The notes under the pieces: generated by a model
Databases searched by the model: none
The model's input: the letters and a program-made list of their open reading frames with translations, nothing else
Told to the model about the DNA's origin: nothing
Made by a program: the position numbers and the translations under genes
Shown here: positions 31,172-42,100 of the stretch, in pieces
Numbering within the stretch: position 1 is the stretch's first letter
Layout of the letters: the number at the start of each line of letters is the position of its first letter
NCBI GenBank assembly: GCA_963745075.1
Contig: CAVUWV010000024.1
Coordinates: forward strand, 96,001 to 160,000
DNA: 64,000 nt
DNA from: Candidatus Hydrogenedentota bacterium
GTDB taxonomy: Bacteria > Hydrogenedentota > Hydrogenedentia > Hydrogenedentales > SLHB01
Direction: 5' to 3'

Positions 31172-31520
31172 TTAGGATACGGATCATGGAGTCTAACGCG
31201 TCTTTTCCTCAGCGTTTGGCACGCCAGGACAACGCGCACATCATGCCCGCAATTGAGCAGTCACATTCGAGTGGGCGGGGGGCTCTTCAACGGATATATC
31301 TTAAGCTATCAGTTGCAGTTACACGTAGGGTAAGACGAGCGGGCGGTGGCGGCACACTACGGGGAATCTGAGAGGGTTTCGCACGGCGGAAACCCTCTGA
31401 AACGGACGGTGGTCTGATGAGGTACCGCCGGTGTGTGTATATCTTCGTGGGATCGACTAGTTCACTTGTGGCCAGGATTCCCTGGCGACGCCCTATTCGT
31501 CGAATTGGGAGAATCTTCCC

Positions 31521-34500
31521 CTGAGTAAGTCACAGAATTTTATCGATGTCGTTCGAGAACGGGCGGTGAGTGATCCGGATCGGGTCGTCATTGGCTTTAT
31601 TGGCGAAAGTGATCCTTCAAGCCCGCTCCTCACCTACCACACCCTGGATTCGCGCGTTCGCGCGATTGCTTCTTATCTGCAATCCGTCAGCAAACCCGGG
31701 GATCGCGCACTGCTGTTCTTTCCTCCCGGCAATGATTTTAGCATCGCGTTTTACGCCTGTCTTTATGCCGGTATCGTCGCGGTGCCCGCCTATCCTCCGC
31801 GACCGGGCCGTACCCTCGGCCGTTTACTGGCCATGTTTTCGGACGCCGAAGCTTCGGTGGTGTTGACCCGCAGTGAACATCTCAACGGCGCTAAGGCCCT
31901 CTTAGCCAATCACCCCGCGTTGGCCGGCCTACACTGGGTGGCGACGGATACGTGTGCGTCCGATCCGGACGCGTGGCGTCATCCCGATACGACGTCGCAA
32001 GACTTAGCCTTTCTCCAATACACCTCGGGCTCCACGTCCCTTCCCAAAGGCGTCATGGTGTCCCATGGCAACTTGTTGCACAATTGCGGATATATCCAGA
32101 GCGCACTCGGCCTGACCCCGGAAGACCACGTCCTCAGTTGGTTGCCCCAATTCCACGATATGGGGCTTTTATCCGGCGTGCTGATACCGCCTTACGTGGG
32201 GTGCCGTGCCTCCTTGATGGCCCCTATGTATTTTCTGCAACGTCCGGCCCGGTGGTTGCAGGCCATGTCCGAACTGAAAGCCACCGTTTCCGGTGGCCCG
32301 AACTTCGCCTACCAACTTTGTGTGGACAAGGTTGTGGAGGACGATTGCAAGACGCTCGATTTGGCATCCTGGCGGGTGGCGTTCAACGGCGCCGAGCCCA
32401 TTCGTCCAGGAACCCTGGATGCGTTCACCGCTAAGTTCCGCTCGTGCGGTTTCCGTCACGAAGTGCACGTGCCCTGTTACGGTCTCGCGGAAGCTACCCT
32501 CGCCGTCACGTTCGCAAAATGTGACGCCGCTCCGGTGGTCCGCGAGTTTACCCCTTCGGAACAGTTGGACTCGGATGCGAGTGCCGCCCCGGAACGCACG
32601 CGTTCATTGGTCGCGTGCGGAGCGCCAGCGGACGATCAAACGGTGCGCATCGTCAATCCCGAAACCCGCCACGAATGCGCCCACCGCGAGGTCGGTGAGA
32701 TTTGGGTCCGCGGCGAAAGTGTGGCGCAGGGATATTGGAACCGTCCGGAAGAAACGGCGGCAACCTTCGACGGTCGACTTGCCGATACCGACGACGGCGC
32801 CTATTTGCGCACGGGAGATTTGGGGATTTTGGCCGACAGTCAGCTCTATGTCGCCGGACGCCTCAAAGATCTCATCATCATTCGCGGGATTAACTACTAT
32901 CCCCAGGATATCGAATTGACGGTCGAGTCATGCCACCCGGTGCTGCGTTCCGGCTGCGGAGCCGCCTTCGCGGTCGAAGATTCAGGTACGGAACGGTTGG
33001 TTGTGGCGCAAGAAGTTTCCCGCGACGATGTCGACGAATTCGATGTTGATGACGTAGCGAGCGCGATTCGATCCGCCGTGGGCGAGCAACATGAGTTGGA
33101 AGTCTACGCGGTCCTGTTGCTGCAACCCGGCTCGATTCCCAAGACTTCCAGCGGCAAAATCCAGCGGCGCGCGTGCCGGAATGCATATTTGGCCGGGAAG
33201 TTGGCTCTCGTCGGTCAATCCACGCGCGAAGAGACAGGAATTGCCGGCGATGCCGTCGTCCCGTCACGGGTTGCGGCCACCGAACAGGATACCGAAAAAG
33301 CCTACGCGCGAATTCGCGATTTTCTCACGCACCGAATCGCCCTGCGACTCAGTATCGAGGTTGGCGCTGTTGATGTGAAGCAGCCCTTCTCAAGTCTAGG
33401 CCTCCATTCCATGGCCGCCGTCGAAATGGCCGCCGATCTCGAGAAGATGATGGGGCACTCGCTGTCGCCGACACTGGCGTACGAGTATCCCTGTATCGAC
33501 GCCCTCTCTCATCACCTCGCCGGATCGTGGGTGCCTTTCACATCCGAATCCGAGAGCCGCAAGCAGGGCGAACCCATCGCCATCGTCGGCATGAGTTGCC
33601 GCTTCCCCGGCGCCAACAGCACCGCCGAATTCTGGTCCCTGTTGCGCGAAGGACGTGATGCGATTCGGGAAATCCCCCAGGAACGGTGGGACTTGGAAGC
33701 GCTCTACGATCCGGATACGGCGACTCCGGGTAAGATGATTACCAAATGGGGCGGGTTTATTGACGGCGTGGATCAATTTGATGCGGCGTTTTTCAACATT
33801 TCACCGCGCGAAGCCGCTAGTATGGATCCGCAGCAGCGGGTATTGCTCCAAGTTGCCTGGGAAGCCCTGGAACACGCGGGAATCCGGCCCGACCGTCTCG
33901 GAGGCTCTGCCACGGGATCGTTCATTGGAATCTCCTCGATCGACTATCTGCAACTCCAGCTCCTTCTGGGCGCCGAAAACGACGCATACGTCGCGACCGG
34001 AAACACCCAGTCGATCGCGTCGAACCGTCTTTCCTATCTACTCGATCTTCACGGACCCAGCGTGTCAGTGGATACGGCATGCTCGTCTGCTTTGGTGGCA
34101 TTGCATCAGGCCTGCCAAAGTCTGCGTGACCGGGAGTGCAGTCTTGCGCTCGCCGGCGGAGTCAGCGTGATCTTGTCACCGCTGGCAACCGTCGCGCTGT
34201 CCCAGGCGCGGATGCTCGCGCCGGACGGACGCTGCAAAGCCTTCGACGCGTCCGCCGACGGTTATGTGCGCAGCGAAGGGTGCGGAATCGTTGTGCTCAA
34301 GCGTCTTGCCGACGCACTGGCCGATGGTGACAACGTGTTGGCCGTCGTTCGGGGTACCGCCGTCAACCACGTCGGGCACAGCAACGGCTTGACGGCGCCC
34401 AGCACCAAAGCCCAACAGGCCGTCATTCGCGCCGCGCTCGACAACGCCGATGTCGCGCCCGCCGAAGTCTCCTTTCTCGAAGCGCACGGTACCGGCACCG

Positions 34501-37500
34501 CTTTGGGCGATCCGATCGAGATCGAATCCATTCAAGCAGTCCTGTCGGAAGGCCGTGATCCGGAAAACCGGTGCGCCATCGCCTCCGCAAAAAGTAACGT
34601 GGGCCACTTGGAACCCGCGGCCGGGATCGTCGGGCTGATCAAGGTCGTCCTCGCGTTGCTGCACGAAGAGATTCCGCTGCATCTTCATCTGAACCAACTG
34701 AACCCACTCATCAAACTCGATGAGTCGCGTTTCGAGATTCCAACGGACCGAAAGCCCTGGTCCCGTGGCGCCCGCCGCCGTCTTGCCGGTGTGAGTGCCT
34801 TCGGATTCGGCGGCGCGAACAGCCACGTGGTACTCGAAGAAGCGCCGCTCACGGTTTCCGTAAAGGCAAAGGATGCGCCCGAGCGGCCACGGCACGTCTT
34901 AACGTTGTCCGCCCGCACCGAAACGGCCTTGCACGCATTGGCCCGTCGCTATTCGGAATTCGTTACAACCGGCGGCGTGTCGGTGCCGGACCTCTGTTAC
35001 GCCGCAAATACCGGCCGGTGCTCCTTTGAACAACGACTGGCCATCGTCACGGAACCACTCGATGGCGAGAATGCTGCACAGTCGCTTCGTGATGTGCTTG
35101 CCACTGTCGCCGAAGGGAAGAAGACTCCGACCGCCTTGCGCGGCACCGTGCGCCCCGGGAACCGTCCAAAGCTTGCGTTCCTGTTCACCGGTCAAGGCGC
35201 GCAGTTCGCCGCCATGGGGCGGCAGTTGTACGAGACCGAACCGGTGTTCCGCGCGACCATCGATCGGTGCGATGCAATTCTCCGCGAGTACCTCGAACAG
35301 CCTTTGTTGTCGGTTCTGTACCCGCCGGAGGGTGCGAATTCCCCGATCAATGAAACGGCCTACACCCAGCCTGCATTGTTCGCGCTGGAGTATGCTCTCG
35401 CCGAACTGTGGCGATCGTGGGGCATCGTCCCCGACTACCTCCTCGGCCATAGCGTCGGCGAATATGCCGCCGCGTGTTTTGCCGGCATGTTCAGTCTCGA
35501 AGACGGCCTCAAACTCATTGCCGAACGCGGACGCCTGATTCAGTCGTTGCCGGCAGGCGGCAAGATGGCTGCCATCTTCACCGACCACGCAACGGTCGAC
35601 GCTGTGGTGAAAAAATACTCCGATTCCATATCCGTGGCCGCCGTGAATGGACCCAACCTCGTCGTCGTGTCCGGCGAAGGCGAGGCACTTGACGCCGTCG
35701 TCGAGCACTTTTCCGAGCAGAACGTGCGCTGCACGCGCATGACGGTTTCCCACGCGTTCCATTCACCCTTGATGGATCCGATTCTCGATGCATTCTTCGA
35801 AGTTGCCAACGGCGTAACCTATCGGCCTTTGCTGATTCCCCTCGTTTCCAACCGCACCGGACAGACGCTCGAAAAAGGCGACACGCTGGACGCCGCCTAC
35901 TGGCGCGACCACATCCGCGACGCGGTACTCTTTGACGGTGGCATGCAGGCACTCGCCGATCACGGCGTTTCCATGTTCCTCGAGATTGGACCCGCAAACA
36001 CGCTTATCGGAATGGGACGCCGTTGTCTCTCCAAGACCGAAGCGACATGGCTTCCGTCTCTCGGAAAAGACCCGGACAATTGGCGGACCCTGCTGACCGC
36101 CGCGGCCACGCTGCACGTCAATGGAATTGAGTTGGATTGGCACGCCTTTGATGCCGAACGGCCCCGTCGGCGCGTCGCAGTGCCGACCTATCCTTTCGAA
36201 TTGAAACGCTTCTGGTTTACCGAGCGGCCCGGCGCGTCTTCCGAGATTGTCCGTGCGCTCGGAGGCCAGGTTGCCGGCGGTATTTCGGACGCCGCTACGC
36301 TCAGCGAAGAAGACCGCGCGAAAGTTTCCAGCTGGTTTTACGGTATCGACTGGGAGACCCTTCCCGAGGTGCCGAAATCCAAGGACACGGGCCGTTGGCT
36401 GATCTTTGCGGAAGACACGCCGTTTTCGAAGGTCCTTCTTGAAGAGTTTGAGGCGCGTGGTCTGAATGTAACCCGCGTCGGCCGCGGTTCGAAGTGCTCC
36501 TGCGATGGTCCAACGTGGACGGTGCGTCCCGATTCGCCCGAAGATATCGACCGCTGTCTTGATGCCGCCTTCAGTTCCAACGGCTCGGGAAAGACCGGCG
36601 TCCTTTACATGGGGGGAGCGCCCTCGTTAGTGGACCAAAACGCTCCCGGTTCGGATGCGTTGGCTGCCTATTCGACTTCCTGCCGTGGCGCCTTCGCGGT
36701 AGCGCAAACCCTGGCTCGGCGCGCCGTATCGAAAACTGCCCCGAAACTCTACGTTGTGACTCGGGGTACGCAGTGCACGGCAGACGACGCAAACGCCCCG
36801 AATATGGCGGATGCCTCCCTCTGGGCATTGGGTCGTTGTATCGCGCTCGAACATCCTGACGTCATGGCCAAGCTCATCGATCTTCCAATTCCGGATGACG
36901 TCCAAGCGGCCACCGTTGCCGACGAACTTCTCGCGGCCGACAACGAAAACATGGTCGCCCTGCGGTCTTCCAACCGCTACGGTGCGCGCGTCACGCCCTT
37001 AACAGACAAAGACGAAAAACCCAAACCTCGTTTCCACTGCACCCCCGACGGCGCGTACCTCATCACCGGCGGATTCGGCGGTCTCGGCGTCAAAGTCGCG
37101 CAGTGGCTCGTTCGAAATGGCGCCCGCAGGCTAATCCTCCTGTCTCGAACCGCATTACCTCCGCGTGCAGAGTGGGCGACGCTCGATGCGTCAAGCCGCC
37201 CTGGAGCGAATGCGGCCGTAGTACGTGACCTCGAAGCGATGGGCGCTGCCGTTCACGTCGCCGCCGTCGACGTCGCGGACGCCGACGCCCTCGATCATTT
37301 CCTCGAAACATACCGTCTTGAACTGTGGCCCCAGATTCGCGGTGTTATCCATGCCGCGGGACTGCTGGACGACCAGTTGATTCATGACCTGGACCCCATA
37401 TCCTTTGAACGGGTCGGTCGTTCCAAAGTTGCCGGTGCCTGGAATCTCCATCGCGCCTTCAGCGACGCGGATCTCGATTTCTTTATATTGTTCTCGTCGG

Positions 37501-39155
37501 CTGCGTCCATGTTCGGATCGGTGGGGCAGGGGAACTACGCCGCCGCAAACGGCTGGATGGACGCCCTGGCGCGCTACCGCCGTGCAAACGGCGTGACGGC
37601 TCTCAGCGTCAACTGGGGACCCTGGGCCGAAGTCGGTATGGCCGCCCAGCCCAACCGTGGCGGACGGCTCGCCCAGCAGGGCATTGCCAGTATCGAGCCC
37701 GATCTCGGGTTGGCCGCCCTTGGCATGCTGCTCGCACGCGAAGATGCGCAGGTCGGCGTCGTCGATGCGGATTGGTCGGCGCTGCAGTCGCTCTTCGACG
37801 CGGGCGACGGCGTACCGTTCCTGTCCAAGGTGGCCGGTGCGACGAAGGCCGCCTTGCCCAGCGACCGGTGCAAGAAGATTCTCGATTCCGAAGGTGACGA
37901 ACGACGGAAGCTCATTGAGGAGCAGCTCTGCGCGTCGATCGGCGAGGTGCTCCATACCGATCCCGCAGCAATTCCCGTGGACCAGAACGTCGTAAATCTG
38001 GGCCTCGACTCGATCATGGTCATGGACTTGATTCGCAACATTGGCCGCGACCTCAAGATTCGGATCCACCCCCGCGAGGTCTTCGAACAGCCGTCGCTGA
38101 ACGGACTCGCCACATACATTGGCACCGAACTCGACATCATGCAGCACAAACGTGCCGGGGAAGCGCCGCCGGAAGAAGGCTTCATCAAGGCCAACATCAA
38201 CAAGGCGCGCGGCAAAATCACCGCGCCCCCCAAGCCCGAAAAGAAAAACCCACCCTGCGTGTTCCTGCTCTCCGCGCCGCGTTCGGGCTCGACCCTGCTC
38301 CGCGTCATGCTGGCTGGGCATTCCGGCCTGTTCAGTCCCCCGGAATTGCACATTCTCCATTTCCATTCCATGCGAGACCGCCGGACTTTCCTCGGTGAAG
38401 GCAATTATCTCGGCGACGGGTTGCAACGGGCCTTCATGGAAGCCCAGGGAATCGATGCCGACGCCGCAGAGAAACGTATCGAGCGGATGTACGAAGAAGA
38501 CACACTCATCCAAGACGTATTTACCTTGTTGCAGGAACAGGTCAACCCCCGGTTGCTCGTGGATAAATCACCGACGTATACCGGCCGTCGCGAGACCCTG
38601 GAGCGCGCCGAGGATCTCTTCGAGAACCCCAAGTACATCTATCTCTATCGCCACCCCTACGCGGTAATCGAGTCGTACGTGAAGAACCGTACCGGGAAGA
38701 TGTTCGATTTCGGACACGCCGATCCCTATCTCCTGGCGGAAGAAGTGTGGGCGTCCCACAACGAGAACACCATCGAGTTCTTGAAAGCCGTGCCGGACGA
38801 CCGCCAGTTCCCGGTGCGCTACGAAGAACTTGTCACCGATCCCGAACGCATCATGCGCGACATGTGCGCGTTTCTCGACCAGCCGTTTGAACCGGCGGTT
38901 CTCGATCCCTACGCGAAAGGCCGCATGACCGACGGCGTGCGCTCGAAGGCCCGCGCGATCGGCGATCCCAACTTCATGAAACACACGTCGATCGATCCGA
39001 CGCTGGCCGACGCGTGGAAACGCGCCAAACTGCCCTATCCACTGAAGGAATGGGCGCAGCGTATCGCCGACGTACTCGCGTACGAACTCCCGAACGAGCA
39101 CCTCGCGGAAGCGCATGCCGGTTCCACGGAGGAAATGGAGGAAGAGCGCCTATGA
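31521..39155 (+). CDS. Type I PKS, Ols/CurM-like: FAAL-ACP-KS-AT(malonyl)-KR(B-type)-ACP-sulfotransferase, no TE
   Basis: FLQYTSGST/WLP.FHDMGL/PCYGLAE (FAAL); GLHS; DTACSS, HGTGT, KSNVGH (KS); GHSVG + HAFHS (AT); GGFGGLG, LLDD, YAAAN (KR); GLDS; SAPRSGSTLLRVMLAGH, DKSPTY, YRHPYAVIES, GDPNF (ST). Confidence 0.93.
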   Translation: MSKSQNFIDVVRERAVSDPDRVVIGFIGESDPSSPLLTYHTLDSRVRAIASYLQSVSKPGDRALLFFPPGNDFSIAFYACLYAGIVAVPAYPPRPGRTLGRLLAMFSDAEASVVLTRSEHLNGAKALLANHPALAGLHWVATDTCASDPDAWRHPDTTSQDLAFLQYTSGSTSLPKGVMVSHGNLLHNCGYIQSALGLTPEDHVLSWLPQFHDMGLLSGVLIPPYVGCRASLMAPMYFLQRPARWLQAMSELKATVSGGPNFAYQLCVDKVVEDDCKTLDLASWRVAFNGAEPIRPGTLDAFTAKFRSCGFRHEVHVPCYGLAEATLAVTFAKCDAAPVVREFTPSEQLDSDASAAPERTRSLVACGAPADDQTVRIVNPETRHECAHREVGEIWVRGESVAQGYWNRPEETAATFDGRLADTDDGAYLRTGDLGILADSQLYVAGRLKDLIIIRGINYYPQDIELTVESCHPVLRSGCGAAFAVEDSGTERLVVAQEVSRDDVDEFDVDDVASAIRSAVGEQHELEVYAVLLLQPGSIPKTSSGKIQRRACRNAYLAGKLALVGQSTREETGIAGDAVVPSRVAATEQDTEKAYARIRDFLTHRIALRLSIEVGAVDVKQPFSSLGLHSMAAVEMAADLEKMMGHSLSPTLAYEYPCIDALSHHLAGSWVPFTSESESRKQGEPIAIVGMSCRFPGANSTAEFWSLLREGRDAIREIPQERWDLEALYDPDTATPGKMITKWGGFIDGVDQFDAAFFNISPREAASMDPQQRVLLQVAWEALEHAGIRPDRLGGSATGSFIGISSIDYLQLQLLLGAENDAYVATGNTQSIASNRLSYLLDLHGPSVSVDTACSSALVALHQACQSLRDRECSLALAGGVSVILSPLATVALSQARMLAPDGRCKAFDASADGYVRSEGCGIVVLKRLADALADGDNVLAVVRGTAVNHVGHSNGLTAPSTKAQQAVIRAALDNADVAPAEVSFLEAHGTGTALGDPIEIESIQAVLSEGRDPENRCAIASAKSNVGHLEPAAGIVGLIKVVLALLHEEIPLHLHLNQLNPLIKLDESRFEIPTDRKPWSRGARRRLAGVSAFGFGGANSHVVLEEAPLTVSVKAKDAPERPRHVLTLSARTETALHALARRYSEFVTTGGVSVPDLCYAANTGRCSFEQRLAIVTEPLDGENAAQSLRDVLATVAEGKKTPTALRGTVRPGNRPKLAFLFTGQGAQFAAMGRQLYETEPVFRATIDRCDAILREYLEQPLLSVLYPPEGANSPINETAYTQPALFALEYALAELWRSWGIVPDYLLGHSVGEYAAACFAGMFSLEDGLKLIAERGRLIQSLPAGGKMAAIFTDHATVDAVVKKYSDSISVAAVNGPNLVVVSGEGEALDAVVEHFSEQNVRCTRMTVSHAFHSPLMDPILDAFFEVANGVTYRPLLIPLVSNRTGQTLEKGDTLDAAYWRDHIRDAVLFDGGMQALADHGVSMFLEIGPANTLIGMGRRCLSKTEATWLPSLGKDPDNWRTLLTAAATLHVNGIELDWHAFDAERPRRRVAVPTYPFELKRFWFTERPGASSEIVRALGGQVAGGISDAATLSEEDRAKVSSWFYGIDWETLPEVPKSKDTGRWLIFAEDTPFSKVLLEEFEARGLNVTRVGRGSKCSCDGPTWTVRPDSPEDIDRCLDAAFSSNGSGKTGVLYMGGAPSLVDQNAPGSDALAAYSTSCRGAFAVAQTLARRAVSKTAPKLYVVTRGTQCTADDANAPNMADASLWALGRCIALEHPDVMAKLIDLPIPDDVQAATVADELLAADNENMVALRSSNRYGARVTPLTDKDEKPKPRFHCTPDGAYLITGGFGGLGVKVAQWLVRNGARRLILLSRTALPPRAEWATLDASSRPGANAAVVRDLEAMGAAVHVAAVDVADADALDHFLETYRLELWPQIRGVIHAAGLLDDQLIHDLDPISFERVGRSKVAGAWNLHRAFSDADLDFFILFSSAASMFGSVGQGNYAAANGWMDALARYRRANGVTALSVNWGPWAEVGMAAQPNRGGRLAQQGIASIEPDLGLAALGMLLAREDAQVGVVDADWSALQSLFDAGDGVPFLSKVAGATKAALPSDRCKKILDSEGDERRKLIEEQLCASIGEVLHTDPAAIPVDQNVVNLGLDSIMVMDLIRNIGRDLKIRIHPREVFEQPSLNGLATYIGTELDIMQHKRAGEAPPEEGFIKANINKARGKITAPPKPEKKNPPCVFLLSAPRSGSTLLRVMLAGHSGLFSPPELHILHFHSMRDRRTFLGEGNYLGDGLQRAFMEAQGIDADAAEKRIERMYEEDTLIQDVFTLLQEQVNPRLLVDKSPTYTGRRETLERAEDLFENPKYIYLYRHPYAVIESYVKNRTGKMFDFGHADPYLLAEEVWASHNENTIEFLKAVPDDRQFPVRYEELVTDPERIMRDMCAFLDQPFEPAVLDPYAKGRMTDGVRSKARAIGDPNFMKHTSIDPTLADAWKRAKLPYPLKEWAQRIADVLAYELPNEHLAEAHAGSTEEMEEERL

Positions 39156-42100
39156 CACCCGGGGGCCTCCTTGCAAAAATCCTTGCGAGGGGGGTGCACG
39201 TATGGGCCGAAGACATTGAGCTTTGCCTCCGTGCACCGAAGGGCGCCCTGTCTTCCGAATTGCGCGATGCCCTGAAGGCCAACAAGTCTGAGGTCATCGC
39301 GCTGTTGGGCCAACGCCGGAAACACGCTCCCGCATCCTATGCCCAACGCCGTCTCTGGTTCTTCGATCAACTCGAACCAAACCGGTCGACCTACAACATG
39401 CACTTGACCTATCGCCTGACCGGTGCCTTGGACGTGGTCGCGCTTGAGCAAAGTCTCAGTGCCATCGTCCGCCGTCATGAAACCCTTCGAACGTCGTTTA
39501 CCAGTTTCGAAGACCAGCCCGTCCAGGTTATTGCCGAAGATGTTCCGTTTCAGGTGAGCCATTGCGAACTCGAAAATGGCGAAAGCGATGAGGACGCACG
39601 GCTTCGCCGCCAAGTAGACAGCTACACGCGCACCCCTTTCACGCTATCCAACGCCCCATTGATGCGGGCCTATCTGATTCGCTTGCGACCCGACATGCAC
39701 GTACTTACCATCGTCCTGCATCACATCATCGCGGATGGCTGGAGCATGCGCGTCGTACTACGTGAACTGGCGGCGCACTATGCGGCCTTTGCCCGGGGAG
39801 GCCAACCGGCCATCGATCCGTTGCCGCTTCAATACGCGGATTACGCCCGCACCCAGCGGAATTGGCTTGAGAACGACCTCGATAAACGCCTCGCGTACTG
39901 GCGCGAACAACTCGCCGGTCCGCCGCCACCATTGATGCTACCCACGGATCGGTCCCGTCCCGCATTTCAAACCTTCCATGGCGGACGCGAACTGCTGGAA
40001 CTGGACCCCGAACTCGTTGCGTCATTGCGGAAACTGAGTACCGACGAAGGTGCCACCCTATTCATGACACTGTTGGCGGCCTTCGAGGTGTTGTTGTACC
40101 GCTATTCCGGCCAGGAAGACTTTGTCGTCGGTTCGCCGGTTGCGGGCCGCTCCCACCCCGGCACCGAAAACATGATTGGTTTCTTCGTCAATACGGTCGG
40201 GCTGCGTGCGAACTTCGATGGGAATCCCGAGTTTCGGGAATACCTTCGTCGCACGCGCGAAACGGTGCTTCACGCTTTCGAGCATGAGGATTTGCCCTTT
40301 GAGAAACTCGTCGAAGAACTGCACCCGGAACGTGACCTGAGCCGCACGCCGCTTTTCCAGGTCCTTTTCAATATGATTAACATGGGCGGCGACTCGCTTG
40401 AAATGGGGGACGTTACGGTCGATCGCCTGTACCGCCGCGAGCCGGAGTCCAAGTTCGACCTGACCATGTACGTCCGTCCGAAAGCAGGCAAGATTCGGCT
40501 CATGCTCGTGTACAACCGGGATCTTTTCGACAAAGAAACCATCGTGGGCATGTTGCGCGATCTTCGCTCGCTTCTCGAAGCGATCGCGGCCAACGCCGAT
40601 GCGCCCGTCGCCTCGTTACCGATGGCCCAGCGCGAACCGGATACAACGGTCGCGTTGCCGGAATCCGCGTCTGTGGTCGATTTCGATCGACCCATCCACC
40701 ACGTATTCGAAGATAGAGTGTCCGAAACCCCGGACAATATCGCCATTGCCACCCGCGAGCACGAGTGGACCTATTTCGACCTGAATCAAAGAGCGGATAC
40801 CATCGCGGCCGGATTGATGGAATCGACAGGCGCGAAGAACGCACGCATTGCTCTCGTATTCAATCACGGTGCGCCGATGATTGCCGCCGTTTTGGGAGCG
40901 TTGAAAGCGGGAAAGACCTACGTTCCCATGGACGCCGGATATCCGCAAGCCCGCTTGCGCTACATGATCGACGACGCGCAGGTTCAGGCCATCCTCACGA
41001 CGTCAGATCTGCTCGAATCAGCACGCGAGCTTGCAGACGGCCGCTGTCCCGTCTGTTCAATTGACGAATTCCAACCGGTAGAACGATTCGCGAGCGTGGA
41101 CACGGATTCAGAGACGCCAGCGTATATTCTCTACACCTCGGGGTCCACGGGTAATCCCAAAGGCGTCGTGCAGAACCATCGAAATCTGCAACACTTCATC
41201 GACGCCTACGTGCAGCGCCTTGGTCTGACGCCCAACGACCGGCTTAGTCTGCTATCGTCATTCGGGTTCGACGCGGCAGTCATGGACATCTTTTCGGCCT
41301 TGCTTACAGGGGCGTCCCTTGTCCCAATCAATCTCAAAACCGAAACGTTGCCAGACGCTATGGAATGGATGGCGACGCGACGCGTCACCGTCTACCACAG
41401 CACGCCAACCGTATTCCGCGCGTTCATAAGTGCGGTTTCGAGCGGGGAGAACAACAATGACATTCGAACCGTCGTTCTTGGTGGTGAAGTAGTCACTCGC
41501 CGAGACGTTACGCGGTTCCGGAAGCACTTCCCGTCCGATTGCAGGCTCGTAAATCTGTACGGCAGCGCAGAGGCCTCGTTCACGTGTTGCCACGTCGTAT
41601 CAGATGGGGGAGAGAGCGTCGGAGCGGTCGTTCCCATCGGTCATGCTGTGGACCGTACCGAGATTCGGCTGTTGAATGCATACGGCGGCGAAGAGCCGGT
41701 CTTCGGTGAAATCGTCGTATGCAGCCGTCATACGGCGTTAGGATATTGGACCCGCGACGCGGAGACTGCCGCAGTCTTTGGAACCGACCCGGAGCGTGAG
41801 GAAATCCGTATTTACCGTACCGGTGATCTGGGTCGCCGCCGCGCTGACGGCGTCATCGAGTACCTCGGACGTCGGGATTTCCAAATCAAGGTCCGCGGGT
41901 ACCGTGTTGAGCCCGGCGAGATCGAGACGCTCTTGAATAGATACCCCGGTGTTACCGAATCCGTCGTAGTGGCGAAGGAAGCCGACGGTGGCGACACGAA
42001 ACTCGTAGGGTATGTCGTCATTGGTGCCGGCCAGTCCCTTGATTCGCCCGCGCTGCGCGCGCATCTGAGCGGAAGACTGCCGGACTACATGATTCCGACG

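Noticed and set aside
31186..31371. 61-aa ORF upstream of the PKS as a real protein or MbtH
   Set aside because: No recognisable motif and no MbtH Trp pattern; kept only as a possible leader ORF
31521..39155. Calling the PKS a standard olefin synthase (ols)
   Set aside because: No TE follows ST; the protein ends in a docking tail coupled to an NRPS
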